This document shows positions 35,901 through 49,316 of a DNA stretch of 64,000 nucleotides, in pieces; within the stretch, counting starts at the first letter, position 1, and every line of letters begins with the position of its first letter. This DNA comes from Haliotis cracherodii (taxonomy: Eukaryota), in the NCBI RefSeq assembly GCF_022045235.1, contig NW_027266275.1, forward strand, positions 73,718,001-73,782,000, in the 5' to 3' direction. The notes under the pieces are model-generated. The model made no database searches, was not told the DNA's origin, and saw only the letters and a program-made list of their open reading frames with translations. The translations under genes were made by a program, and so were the position numbers.

Positions 35901-38900
35901 CATCACAGACTATACATATAGCGGACTACGCATCAGAGACTATACACATCGTGGACTACGCATCACAGATATACACATCGCGGACTACGCATCACAGACT
36001 ATACACATAGCGGACTACTGATCTCAGACTATACACATTGCGGTCTACGCATCACAGGCTATACACATCGTTGATTACGCATCACAGACTATACACATCG
36101 CGGACTACGCATCACAGACGATACACATCGCGGACTACGCATCACAGATATACATATCGCGGACTACTGATCACAGACTATACACATTGCGGACTACTGA
36201 TCACAGACTACACACATTGCGGACTACTTATCACAGACTATACACATCGCTAATTACGCATCAGAGACTATACACATCGCGGACTCCGCATCACAGACTA
36301 TACACATCGCGGACTACACATCACGGATATTGCATCACATACTATACACATCGCGGACTATGCATCACAGACTATACATTTCGCGGACTACACATCACAG
36401 ACTACGCATCACAGACTATGCACATCGCGGACTATGCATCACAGACTATATACATCGCGGACTACGTATCACAAACTATACACATTGCGAACTACTGATC
36501 ACAGGCTACACACATTGAGGTCTGCGCATCACAGACTATACACATCGCTGATTACGCATCACAGACTTTGCACATCGCGGTCTACGCATCACAGACTATA
36601 CATATCGCTGATTACGCATCACAGACTATACACATCGCTGATTACGCATCACAGATTATACACATCGCGGACTACACATCGCGGACTATGCATTACAGAC
36701 TATACATTTCGCCGACTACGCATCACAGACTATGCATCATAGACTATACACAACGCGAACTACGCATCAGAGACTATACACATCGTGGACTACGCATCAC
36801 AGACTATACACATAGCGGACTACTGATCACAGACTATACACATTGCGGTCTACGCATCACAGACTATACACATCGTTGATTACGCATCACAGACTATGCA
36901 CATCGCGGACTACGCATCACAGACGATACACATCACGGACTACGAGTCACAGATATACACATCGCGGACTACTGATCACAGACTATACACATCGCGGTCT
37001 ACGCATCACAGACTATACACATCGCTGATTATGCATCACAGACTACACACATTGCGGCTACTGTTCACAGACTATACATATCGCTGACTACGCATCACAG
37101 ACTACACATATAGCGGACTACGCATCACAGACTATACACATCGCGGACTACGCGTTACAGACTACGCGTTACAGACTACGCATCACAGACTATACACATC
37201 GCGGACAACGCTTCACAGACTATACATTTCGTGGACTATGCATCACAGACTATACACATCGCTGATTATGCATCACAGACTACACACATTGCGGCTACTG
37301 ATCACAGACTATACATATCGCTGACTACGCATCACAGACTACACACATAGCGGACTACGCATCACAGACTATACACATCGCGGACTACGCGTTACAGACT
37401 ACGCGTTACAGACTACGCATCACAGACTATACACATCGCGGACAACGCTTCACAGACTATACATTTCGTGGACTATGCATCACAGACTATACACATCGCG
37501 GACTATGCACATCGCGGACTATGCATCACAGACTATACACATCGTGGACTATGCATCACAGACTATACACATCGCGGACTTCACATCTCGAACAACGCAT
37601 TACAGACTACGCATCTCTGACTATACACATCGCTGACTACGCATCACAGACTATACACATCGCGGACTACACATCGCAGACAACGCATCACAGACTATAC
37701 ACATCGCGGGCTATGCATCACAGACTATACATTTCGCGGACTATACATATAGCGGACTACGCATCACAGACGATACACATCGCTGATTACGCATCACAGA
37801 CTATACACATCGCGGACTACGCATCACAGACGATACACATCGCCGAGTACACATCGCGGACTATGCATCACAGACTATACATTTCGCGGACTACATATCA
37901 CGGACTAAGCATCACAGACTATGCACATCGCGGACTATGCATCACAGACTATATACATCGCGGACTATGCATCACAGACTATACATCGCGGACTACGCAT
38001 CACAGACTACGGATTACAGACTATACACATCGCGGACTACGCATCAGAGACTATACACATCGTGGACTACGCATCAGAGACTATACACATAGCGGACTAC
38101 TAATCACAGACTATATACATTGCGGTCTACGCATCACAGACTTTACACATCGCTGATTTCGCATCACAGACTTTACACATCGCGGTCTACGCATCACAGA
38201 CTATACACATCGCTGATGACGCATCACAGACTTTACACATCGCGGACTCCGCATCACAGACTATACACATCGCGGACTACACATCGCGGACAACGCATTA
38301 TAGACTACACATCACAGACTACACATCACAGACTACACATCGTGGACTGCGCATTACAGTCTATACATTTAGCGGACTATGCATTACAGATTATACATAT
38401 CGCGGACTACGCATCTCTGACTATACACATCGCGGACTCCGCATCACAGACTATGCACATCGCGGACTATGCATTACGGACTAAACACATCGCGGACTAC
38501 ACATCGCGGATTACACATCGCGGACTACACATCACAGACTACGCATCACAGACTATGCACATCGCGGACTATGCATTACAGACTATACATTTCGCGGACT
38601 ACGCATCACAGACTATGCACATCGCGGACAACGCATCACAGACTATATACATCGCGGACTACGTATCACAGACTATGCACATCGCGGACTACGCATCACA
38701 GACTACGCATCACAGACTATACAAATCGCAGACTACGCATCAAAGACTATACACATCGTGGACTACGCATCACAGACTATACACATAGCGGACTACTGAT
38801 CACAGACTATACACATTGCGGTCTACGCATCACAGACTATACACATCGTTGTTTACGCATCACAGACTATACGCATCGCGGACTACGCATCACAGACGAT

Positions 38901-39023
38901 ACACATCGCGGACTATGCATCACAGATATACACACCGCGGACTACTGATCACAGACTACACACATTGCGGACTACTATCACAGACTATGCACATCGCGGA
39001 CTACGCATGACAGACTACGCATC
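32968..39023 (+). repeat. ~6-kb satellite of a 30-bp unit (cacagactatacacatcgcggactacgcat) with higher-order duplications
   Basis: 10-aa periodic ORFs HHRLYTSRTT; identical ORFs offset by 1,239 bp. Confidence 0.97.
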
Positions 39024-39399
39024 AGGTCTCCTCACGACGTTCACATGGAATCCTAGCTTTAGGGTCCAAATTAATAAAATCAAAATAATTTCAATAGCTT
39101 TAGGGTTTGGGTCTGGGATCGGAGTTCTTGAGAGTTTTGCGGATGGTTTTGGAGACTAGATGGGCAGGGTAACTGTTGGGGGAGTTTGCCCATTGCTATT
39201 TCCATCCTTTTATCTATCAGTGCTGATTATCCCCGGCCTCCCGTTTGCCCATTGTCCATTTCCAAATACCAATCAGTGATAATTTAATTCTGGCTTTCAG
39301 TTGTCCACAACTATCAGTGCTGAGTGCAGTAAAGTGTTGACTTTCATTGACTGTTACTAATCACCTATATCCGACCATTATCTGATGTGTTTCCTGGTG

Positions 39400-39600
39400 A
39401 AGTTTCCACCCTTTGTTATCTTATTACTTTTGTTGTTCTTACATGTACATACATATGCCTCATAGCATTCATTCACCTGATGAAGGGGTAAGCATGTACT
39501 CTGAAACGTTGTGTTCCTCATAAATAAAGAAGTTGACAACCATAAATTCTCTTCCTTATGTGTATCACTTCTAAATGCCATTCAAAGACTTCAATAGCTT
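39400..39600 (+). mobile_element. Penelope-like terminal-repeat remnant with a decayed minimal hammerhead ribozyme motif
   Basis: CTGATGA (39477) - stem ggggta/tactct - GAAA (39503) cgttg, followed by AATAAA and an AT-rich tail. Confidence 0.5.
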
Positions 39601-39961
39601 TATTTAGAAATGGTTTCATTCACCAGCCTTGGTGTCTTGTTTGACCTTTCGAAATATATTTTTCGTTGTTAAATAGCGACAGTGTACCTTTTAATTTTGA
39701 AAATGTTTCAACTTTCGTATTTACCCTTAGTGTCCACAGTTTTCGGCTATCTGATTGGTGAAAAATACTATGTGCATCAAGTGGGAATTCCGTTGACGTC
39801 ATAATACCAAATATAAAACTTAGAAGGGGAAATGTAGACCCGGAGCGGAAAAAAACAAAGGAAGTGGTGTATCTGTTTAATCCGACCTCAGCTTCACAGG
39901 AACGTTATAGACTTGTAGGTTGATGGACATTATAGACAAGGAAGTTCAGCTTTGCGCGTAA

Positions 39962-40202
39962 TCGTTGTTTGTTTTTGTTGGTTAACGCCGCACTCCGCAA
40001 TATTAAAGCTATATGACGGCGGTATCTAAATAATTCAATCTGGACTGGGCAATCCAGTGATTGACATCATGAGCATCGAACCACGAGGTTGGGATACGAT
40101 GACGTGCATCAACCAAGTCAGCGAGTCCAACCACCTGATCCCGTTAGTCGCCTCTTAGGACGAGCATCGTCGCCTTTTTACAGCAGGGATGGCTTGCTGA
40201 AG
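39962..40202 (-). mobile_element. SINE family B copy
   Basis: Homologous to 17741-17963. Confidence 0.85.
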
Positions 40203-40559
40203 ACAATCAATTTTGTAAACATTCAACAATTACCTCTCATACATAAGCTTACTCCGACGTCCGCGCCTTGTCACTCCTCTCGTATATAAGTTTACGCCGA
40301 CGTCCGCGCCTTGTCTCACCGCTTGTAAAAACCCAATGCTAACTCTATGCTTATTATCACAAGTTTTTATTTACACCCCACTCTCTTCCAGCCAAACCCA
40401 AACCCCAAGCCTTCACTAGCTTAAGTCCTGTAAACGTTTATAATTTTTTTTGGTTGCGCTTCTTTATTTATTCTTTACGCTTTTTCCCCCACTTATATAA
40501 GTGCAACATACACTTAAGTGTAATTTATCACATGCGGAAGGCGCACGTTAAATCTCCAA

Positions 40560-41330
40560 TGAATGAATCTACGTTCAATCGCAACTCTGCCGCTATACCA
40601 CACGGAACACCGCCAACACTAAACACCCACTGTAATCCACCCCCTAGTCATCCCCATCCCATACTTGGAGGCAATTCATCATGCATTCAGACTCATACAG
40701 GAACTACCGAAAGCAAAAGCAGTCATCATACCATTGCACTACAAGCGATCAGCTGCAGAAAATCAAACTCTAGACCAAACACTGTCAATAATATTTTTTT
40801 ACGAATATCTACAAAACTGACGCATCAAGGGAAACAGGAGAACCTATGGATTTGAAAAAAAGCAGACAGACTGGCGAGGCTAGCTCTAGACAAAGGGGAG
40901 ATACAGCATTTTTCCTTCAGTAAACTAGAGATAAAAAGGATAAAAATCATCCATATCCCAGCGATGGCAAGCCCCATGGAACGCAACTATAATCGGCAGA
41001 AGGCTTTACAAAATTCAAGCCATAATCCACAAAAAAGCCATACTTATACTCGAATGAAAGGAAAGTTGAAGTAGCCATCTCACGCCTCAGACTCAGTCAC
41101 AAAAAGCACCATGACAAGGTAAGTATATCTTGCAATCAACATGAATCCATCGCTCACGTGTTACTGGAATGCCAAGACCATACCCCAACCCGGGCTCAGT
41201 TAAAACAAGGAATTGCAGTTAGATCATATATGTCGTAGATCTACTAAAGCCAGGAAATGCAACAAGGAAGGCCAAGCTAACTCTATGGTTGACTCTCAGT
41301 CTGCCCACATCTCAGTCTGCCTACACTGTA
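40560..41330 (+). mobile_element. Degraded I-group (Nimb/Ingi-like) LINE 3' fragment with RNase H and zinc-knuckle remnants
   Basis: Broken frames give IALQAI, ADRLARLAL, RKVEVAISRLRLSH, ESIAHVLLEC. Confidence 0.65.
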
Positions 41331-41934
41331 AATTAAAGTGTAGGCACAATGAGAACACCCCTATTTCAATAATAACAGTATCCAGACTGTTAGACAAACA
41401 AAAAAGAATGTGTTATTTTTAATGTTATTTAATAGCAAAAACTTTGAATTGAGAAATTGGGCCCAGATCTATCAATAGTTCACATCGTTTATTTATTCAT
41501 GAAAGGTGGTCAGCTACTCGAACGTATAAAAAGAGAGCAGCCAAAAATATTCTATAAAATTCTAAAAATCAAACATCAAATCATATCAATACGAAAATAG
41601 AACTCTTATCGATACAAAAACAGAAATGATATCAATACCCGAACTCGCAAAAGATATGTGTCCCCTACCCACACACATGAATCCCAAGGAGGGACAGGTC
41701 AGCCGAAGTTGCGACCTCAGATGGCGACCTCTAAAACTCTTAGAGCACCACCGCCGCCACCACCGTACCACCACCACCAACAACAACAACAACAACGTCT
41801 ACGAAAATCCAGAACTTCAGTTCGTACCTCTGGGTCGGCTGACCCGACGTTAGTTCAAAGACGGGAGTCTCTGTCCAGCTGTGCATACAAAAGCTGATTA
41901 CGTAACATGTGATTTGGTCCAATGTCTTATAATC

Positions 41935-42130
41935 TACAAGTCAAGTCTTTTTAATCCGACACTCGTTAATCCGACAATCGGCTTTATCCGACACTAATGA
42001 TAGGAACCGATTAAATCAGTGCTATTTAGACCCGTTAATCCGACAGTCTCGCACTCCGACTCCAACACACCTAATGTGCAATGAATTACCGAAATCACTC
42101 ATTAAAAGTCACGTTAATCCGACACAGTGA
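41935..42130 (+). mobile_element. Tc1/pogo-type MITE end with repeated taatccgac subterminal motifs
   Basis: Several atccgaca repeats following a ta-ca(a)gtcaa start. Confidence 0.45.
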
Positions 42131-42561
42131 TCAGCGTACTCCGTGGTCATCTGCCCGCGAGTACACAGCCAGTATGTTGATGTGAGGCGAGTCGGCTGGT
42201 AGCTGCATATTACAAAGCTGCAGACATAAACTTTGCTTAACACTAAACAATTAATGCTTTAAATAAAGGAAACAGGATTAATCACATGCTTAGATTACCT
42301 CAATCTCATTAAAATCAGATACAAGTTCTCGCTATCGCGGAGGACATCCCATTACAGGTCACGTCAGAAGAACCTTTCGCGAACTATGACCGACGAACGT
42401 TGGTACTACTTACATTCTCATACTCATTTATCCGACATAATCATATACAACCAGCCGTTGACTGTATTTAGATCTGGTGTCTACCCTCGGCGATGGTTCG
42501 TGGTCGAAATATCAAAAAGCCCAGTTTCGCGCATCAGTACCCAGGACCTAACTGTCGTAAA

Positions 42562-42825
42562 TGTGAGTGAGTGAGTGAGTTGGGTTTAACGCCGCTTTTA
42601 ACAGTATTCCAGTTATATCGCGGCTATTCAGCTTAATGTGGGAGGAAAGCCCGAAGTGATGCAGGTCTCCGACGTTTACCACTTCGGTGAAACCCTCGAG
42701 CACGGGTATGGTGCTGACAAACCTAGAAACATAATCGGGGCGAACCGGAATTCGAACCCACAATCATAGGTTTCTGGCGTGCCCAAGGGACGCAACTCGC
42801 GGCGCCTTAGACGACTGGGCCAATG
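42562..42825 (-). mobile_element. SINE family C copy
   Basis: Reverse complement of 7688-7972; (GTGA)n tail. Confidence 0.85.
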
Positions 42826-42999
42826 TGAAGGGAATAGAAGAGATTAACAAATCAATTAGCATACTCAGTTAAGTTATGACTTTGTCGGCATTTCTTTGCT
42901 CCTAATTAAGAATATAAGTAAGACAAAAATTTAAGATCAATGTGAGATGAAGTAACCTCTTTTGATGTGACCCCGGATCTGAGATCGAACCCCAGATTA

Positions 43000-43064
43000 G
43001 GGATCGAACCCCGGACTTTCCACTCCCGGGGCAGACGCTCTACCAGTAGACCACGGAGGCGGTC
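43000..43064 (-). mobile_element. SINE family D tRNA-like head fragment
   Basis: Reverse complement reads gaccgcctccgtggtctactggtagagcgtc..gggttcgatccc. Confidence 0.7.
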
Positions 43065-43143
43065 TTAAGGCATGTGTCGTAGTGCAAACCATATCAATAC
43101 TTTTCAAAACGTGCGCCGAAATTTTATCTCCTTTGTCTGTTTA

Positions 43144-43692
43144 ATAAACTAATGTCCAAAAGAAACGATACCACACATTTTTCTAAATATTTTATTATGA
43201 AGAGTTAATTTTCGTCTGAAAAGGTACGTTTGCGTATCCTACGTACCTAAACCTAACGTATTCGGTCGATAAAACCGGGAACATTTGATCAATTGAGAAA
43301 AAAGCGTGCAATTTGCCCAAATGACGTTCCTTCCCGTAACACGAAATGCACGTGCATATCTTCTGCATAAAACTGCTGACCCGACACGTTGGGATCACAG
43401 CAACAAAAAGCACACAAAAGAAATGCCACTTTTGACAGCGATTGAGAGAGAGAGAGAGCCGCAGGAATGCTCCAAACAGGGAGCTTCGCCTTCGTAATTT
43501 TCTTTTTGGACCCCCCGCGTCTTTACATGTCTGTCCTCATGATTGTAAAGGATTGATTACAATGAATTTTTGTACACACACTGTGAAAACATTACTCACA
43601 AGTCATATACCAATTAAAATGTCTGTATCGTTTAGTTTTTTTGTAATGTCCTTTCAAACACGTGGTATCGTTTCTTTTGGACATTAGTTTAT
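43144..43692. mobile_element. MITE with perfect 31-bp terminal inverted repeats
   Basis: ataaactaatgtccaaaagaaacgataccac / gtggtatcgtttcttttggacattagtttat; probable TA target site. Confidence 0.8.
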
Positions 43693-44141
43693 ATGCAGCA
43701 AATACTCGGCATAACCCATCTAAATCATAAGCTCCATCTAGTCATGACCTTTAACCCCTAGCGCTATCTATAAATGTCAGTTAGTTCTCGTCGCAGGATC
43801 TTACCTATATATATAATATATGTGTGTCACTGACCTAGCTTGCCCCACTTTATGTAATACCTCTATCTACAAAACCTGACTGACATGGTCAATCAGGGTG
43901 ACGGGCCCAGGTCATCGACAGATCGGGCGGTTGATACAGCTAGTCTTGGCGTCCGTCACGGCCGTCGCCCCACAAACCACTACGTCGACGATGAAGAAGC
44001 GACGTCCCACTTCCTGCCTATATGTGTAACAGAGTGGGTCTCCGCACCGACTGACCACTCAGTCCCGGTGTGCGTTCTGTCACGTGATCACTAACATGTA
44101 CGCTTTTCGACTGATATTCCCAATCAACAATAAATATGATA

Positions 44142-45308
44142 ACATAAGATAAGATAAAAGATAAGCTAATATTTTATTTGCGTGTCACGCAGTATAAAAA
44201 ACATACATTCAAAGTACATGACAAAATATAAAATATACCACCCAGCCAGTTGGCCTATGAGACACGAGAGATAAAAAATAACTCAGTTTCATGTAAAGAG
44301 ATTATACTAGCATCGTTTAGTGAGATACAAATGCAAAATATATACGAACGTGTGGTAACAGAACTGTTTTATTTAAGGATTGACTGTGTATTTTTTTCGG
44401 TTCATTGAGGTATGAATCGAAAAACCGATGTGCAAACTGTATGAATCCGCGTAGCAATGCAAGTTGAAATTTTCTTCTTTCATACATAGCAGTAACAACT
44501 GCGGCTAGGGGAATAGCTAAACTATCATTCTGCATAACATATATATGGTCTTCTGAGGTTAAACTTCTTAGACAAGCATGTATTGGAGGAAACATATGAG
44601 AATAGTCATATCGTAGATCAGAGTAGTATTCACATTCTGTGAGGAAATGTACTTGGTGTTCGACACACTGGCGGTCACATAACCTACATAAACGGAGGTG
44701 TAGTGGTGTCTTTGGGCGGGAGTACCGACAAAATTCAACCTCCATCCAAAAGGGAGAGAACTGCAGCGTAGTTTTGCCAAGGTACTACGTTGCTGTCTGT
44801 CTAAAACAGAGCGGACATAGGCCTACTTATTTAGAGTATTCTTAAAGAGTCTAAAAGTCCTCAACTTATTCCCATGTTCATGACCAGTGTCATTCCATAA
44901 ATCACGTGACCAACACTCGGCGTCATTACATCTCAAAGTGCGTGTGATTAGATGGAATTCACTGATAAAGAAATTAAACAAATCCATAGATGGAAGTTGT
45001 AGTGATATAAACATTGCATTAACTGTCTTATCCCATGATTTGTGGAAGGTAAGAGACCAATTTCGAATCTGTGAAACAAGTCTAGATGGCGGAACAGAGT
45101 TTATCTTTCTCCAAAATCGGAAAACTTCTATTTTCTGTTTTGTGAGCTGAGCAAGCCAACCCATATCGCCCCGGACAGCTAAATTTGGAGTATATTTACC
45201 CACCCCGGGAAAGAAACGGCAGGCTTTATTTTGACCTGCGTTTATACAACTGAATTCTCGATTGCCAAAAATAACTGAGCCATATGATAAAATTGGTTGA
45301 ACAAGATG
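44142..45308 (-). mobile_element. Degraded 5'-truncated LINE (RTE-X-like ORF2 C-terminus), (TCTTA)n tail
   Basis: TPNLAVRGDMGW, NKLRTFRLFK, AKLRCSSLP, RLCRLC..VEHQVHFLTECEYYSDLR across frameshifted ORFs. Confidence 0.85.
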
Positions 45309-45586
45309 GCTGCTGTCGTCTAAAACACCACCCTACGTAAATCAAGTAGTAGCCGCATGTCAAACACTTGTACGTGATGTCATTTAGTTATACGGTGGTA
45401 ATTCGTATAATAAATATATGTGTGTCTTGTTTTCTTTACTCACTACGGAACTGTGGAAGGTACTTGGTGCAATTATCCCCAACCGACACCGAACTGTTGA
45501 AAATACTTGAGTGCACAAGTGACTAGCACCGAACTATCTGATCTCAAAGTTACCTCTATTTGAGGACTTTGTCATTGAGAGACGAC

Positions 45587-45768
45587 TATGCTTGTCGTAA
45601 GAGGCGACTACCGGGATCGGGTGGTCAGGCTCGCTGACTTGGTTGATGCATGTCATCGATCCCAATTACATAAATCCGGTCTGGTCCAGACTCGATTATT
45701 TACAGACCGCTGTCATATAGCTGGAATATTGCTGAGTGCGGCGTTAAACCACAAACAACAACAACAAT
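45587..45768 (+). mobile_element. SINE family B copy (5'-truncated)
   Basis: gcttgtcgtaagaggcgacta..gggatcgggtggtcaggctcgc.. with (CAA)n tail. Confidence 0.85.
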
Positions 45769-45840
45769 AACATTTATTTGAGATTTTAGACACTTCGGGT
45801 CGACACCCTGTATTTAGGTCGGGTTGTGTATTGCCTGTTA

Positions 45841-47217
45841 TACCCCCCATCACACCAAACTAGTTTTCAATACGTTCGTAAAAATGTTGTCGAACGGGCT
45901 CCAACTGTGTATGAACGTAGTGGACGTAGTAGCAACTATTAATTGACAGTCTGTTTACGAACTTCATGGACGGGCTCGGACGGGGAGGGTGCTCTAGAAC
46001 GTCCATCCCGTTCTGCAATTAGTTGGATTGACAACGTACTTAAACGAGAAAGACGTATAACGAACGGAATTGCCGTACTTCGAACGGAATTGTCGTACTT
46101 CGAACCTACTAGGCACGTGTTACGACGTCGTGCAGTCGGACATAAATTTCTGTACGTGTGCACACCGACCGGGTCGACTTCTCTTTGGAGGCATGATGTG
46201 TACAGCTCTTTGACAGTTCCGGAGAAAGACTTTGCCATACTCCTTGGCCTCATTTGTCTGGCACTCTGAAGACATCATCCATTGTGATGTTGCCAGAATG
46301 CTTCACGTGTTTGACCTTTTTCCTGTCCCTTGGGGGCCCCTTGAGGGCCTTGATGATGAGGGATGGAGCACTAGGTACAACCTCGACCTTGGCCTGTCGG
46401 TTCTGGATGATCAGCTTCACAGTGATCTTCAGTCCCTTCCACTCGGTGGTGTTCTTGGCAATGTCATCACCAATCTTCTTGGGAGACAAACCGAGGGGAC
46501 CAATTTTGGGGGCAAGGGAAGAAGTGGCTGGAACTTCGGATTCTCCACCGACAGCCCTCACACATACTTCGTGAATAGCGGTTCTGGGAACCTATCAGTC
46601 AGTTGGGTGCACAGTTGAGAGAAGTCATCCACACACTGTCATTGAGAAGATTGACAGGGTAGAAATGGAAACCCCAGAGGAATAAACTGGCAGCATGGAT
46701 GTTTTGAATTAAACCCTTATTCATAAAAAAAAAATTAAAAAAAAAAAATGTGTACAGCTCGGAGCCCTGAACTTGAATGAAGACTGGCTACAACGCGCTC
46801 GGTATCCATAGGAGCCGGGCCAGGACGCGAATACACACGCACTTGGGACATGATGAGGACGTACTGCGAACGAGTTGGTAGGGTTAAGAATTAGTTAGGA
46901 CTGGCTTGGACGTATTGTGAACGAGGTAGAACGAGGTTGAACTGGTTAAGAACGGGTTCAGAACAGCTACGGACGTGCTCGAACTGCTTCGAAACGTTGT
47001 CGGGATGAGGTGAACGGGCACTTTTACACGATCTGAACTGGATACAAACGGACTGAAGACTGGCTAAGAACGAGACAGACGTATTGAGGACTGCTTATGA
47101 ACGAACTAGCATCGTATTTTACGCCAAGCTACGCGTTCTACCGTGATCACAGCCCGATCTAGTATTTTGTTTAGAACGGGGTAGAACGGATAGAACTACT
47201 TTGGTGTGATGGTAGCA
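45841..47217. mobile_element. PIF/Harbinger-like non-autonomous DNA element hosting the RPL12 retrocopy
   Basis: Imperfect TIR ccatcacaccaaa(c/g)tagtt at both ends, flanking TTA, many gaacg subterminal repeats. Confidence 0.6.
46209..46748. pseudogene. RPL12: Processed RPL12 (uL11) pseudogene with 5' inversion: 5' part on - strand (46209-~46582), 3' part + UTR + poly(A) on + strand (~46581-46748)
   Basis: - strand: [50 protein letters not shown], with a 1-nt frameshift near 46260. + strand: [34 protein letters not shown] at 46708, poly(A). TSD atgtgtacagctc at 46196-46208 and 46748-46760. Intronless. Confidence 0.95.
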
Positions 47218-47509
47218 TTAGACGTACTCACGCTGTTTGAGTCCAACTTTTATTTGCTTACTACTAATCATAACGCTTTTGCTTGGTGGTTACTGTCTAG
47301 TTTTGATAAATCCGTAAACTATCATTTGCACCATCTTTGTCAGTGCGCCTTAATGCTATCAGTCTGTCTATTTATCTATATTTTCGAATTCACGTGTGTG
47401 CATTTACTCATGCTTTAAAATTCCACTCGTCAGTTTATCTGTGGATGGATGAAGCGTTACTTAAGCGTTTGCGACGTAATCACTAATTAAGCACCATATG
47501 ACACCTATA

Positions 47510-49316
47510 AAGAGGCAGTGTGTCTACAGTCCTAGTTTTCCTACAGTCGTAGAACGTCTACAATCCTAGTTTACCTACAGACGCAGTATGTCTACAGTCC
47601 TACTTTACCTACAGACGCAGTGTGTCTACAGTCCTAGTTTATCTACAGACGTAGTATGTCTACAGTCCTACTTTACCTACAGAGGCAGGATGTCTGCAGT
47701 CTTACTTTACCTACAGAGGCTGTATGTCTACAGTCCTACTTTACCTACAGACGCAGTATGTCTACAGTCCTACTTTACCTACAGAGGTTGTATGTCTACA
47801 GTCCTACTTTACCTACAGACGCAGTATGTCTACCGTCCTACTTTACCTACATTTGCGGTATGTCTACAGTCCTACTTTACCTACAGAGGCAGTATGTCTA
47901 CAGTCCTACTTTACCTACAGACGCGGTATGTCTACAGTCCTACTTTACCTACAGACGCGGTATGTCTACAGTCCTACTTTACCTACAGACGTAGTGTGTC
48001 TACAGTCCTACTTTACCTACAGACGCAGTATGTCTACAGTCCTACTTTACCTACAGACGCAGTATGTCTACAGTCCTACTTTACCCACAGACGCGGTATG
48101 TCTACAGTCCTACTTTATCTATAGACGAAGTATGTCTATAGTCCTACTTTACCTACAGTCGCAGTATGTCTACAGTCCTACTTTACCTACAGACGCAGTG
48201 TGTCTACAGTCCTACTTTATCTATAGACGCAGTGTGTCTACAGTCCTACTTTATCTATAGACGCAGTATGTCTACAGTCCTACTTTACCTACAGACGCAG
48301 TGTGTCTACAGTCCTACTTTATCTACAGACGCGGTATGTCTACAGTCCTACTTTACCTATAGACGCAGTATGTCTATAGTCCTACTTTATCTACAGACGC
48401 AGTATGTCTACAGTCCTACTTTACCTACAGACGCAGTATGTCTACAGTCCTACTTTACCTACAGACGCAGTATGTCTACAGTCCTACTTTACCTATAGAC
48501 GCAGTATGTCTACAGTCCTACTTTACCTACAGACGCGGTATGTCTACAGTCCTACTTTACCTACAGACGCAGTATGTCTACAGTCCTACTTTACCTACAG
48601 ACGCAGTATGTCTACACTCCTACTTTACCTATAGACGCAGTATGTCTACAGTCCTACTTTACCTACATTTGCGGTATGTCTACAGTCCTACTTTACCTAC
48701 AGACGCAGTATGTCTACAGTCCTACTTTACCTACAGACGCAGTATGTCTACAGTCCTACTTTACCTACAGACGCAGTATGTCTACAGTCCTACTTTACCT
48801 ACAGACGCGGTATGTCTACAGTCCTACTTTACCTACAGAGGTTGTATGTCTACAGTCCTACTTTACCTACAGACGCAGTATGTCTACAGTCCTACTTTAC
48901 CCACAGACGCGGTATGTCTACAGTCCTACTTTACCTACAGAGGTTGTATGTCTACAGTCCTACTTTACCTACAGACGCAGTATGTCTACAGTCCTACTTT
49001 ACCTACAGAGGCAGTGTGTCTACAGTCCTACTTTACCTACAGAGGCAGTATGTCTACAGTCCTACTTTACCTACAGACGCGGTATGTCTACAGTCCTACT
49101 TTACCTACAGACGCAGTATGTCTACAGTCCTACTTTACCTACAGACGTAGTGTGTCTACAGTCCTACTTTACCTACAGACGCAGTATGTCTACAGTCCTA
49201 CTTTACCTACAGACGTAGTATGTCTACAGTCCTACTTTACCTACAGACGCAGTATGTCTACAGTCCTACTTTACCTACAGACGTAGTATGTCTACAGTCC
49301 TACTTTGCCTACAGTC
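47510..49316 (+). repeat. 34-bp minisatellite (2 x 17-bp subunits), ~53 copies
   Basis: Unit ctacagtcctactttac-ctacagacgcagtatgt. Confidence 0.97.

Noticed and set aside
32895-39159. Many long His/Thr/Arg-rich ORFs
   Set aside because: By-products of a stop-poor 30-bp satellite, open in several frames with no splice or domain evidence. The same applies to ORFs at 1965-3110, 11197-12314, 22442-23598 and 47588-49286.
41745-41800. Poly-Pro/His/Gln ORF (41658..41897)
   Set aside because: A (CAC)n(CAA)n microsatellite with no supporting gene structure.
45841-47217. RPL12 fragment captured Pack-MULE-style by the DNA transposon
   Set aside because: The poly(A) tail, its own 13-bp TSD and lack of introns show retrotransposition into the element, not DNA capture.
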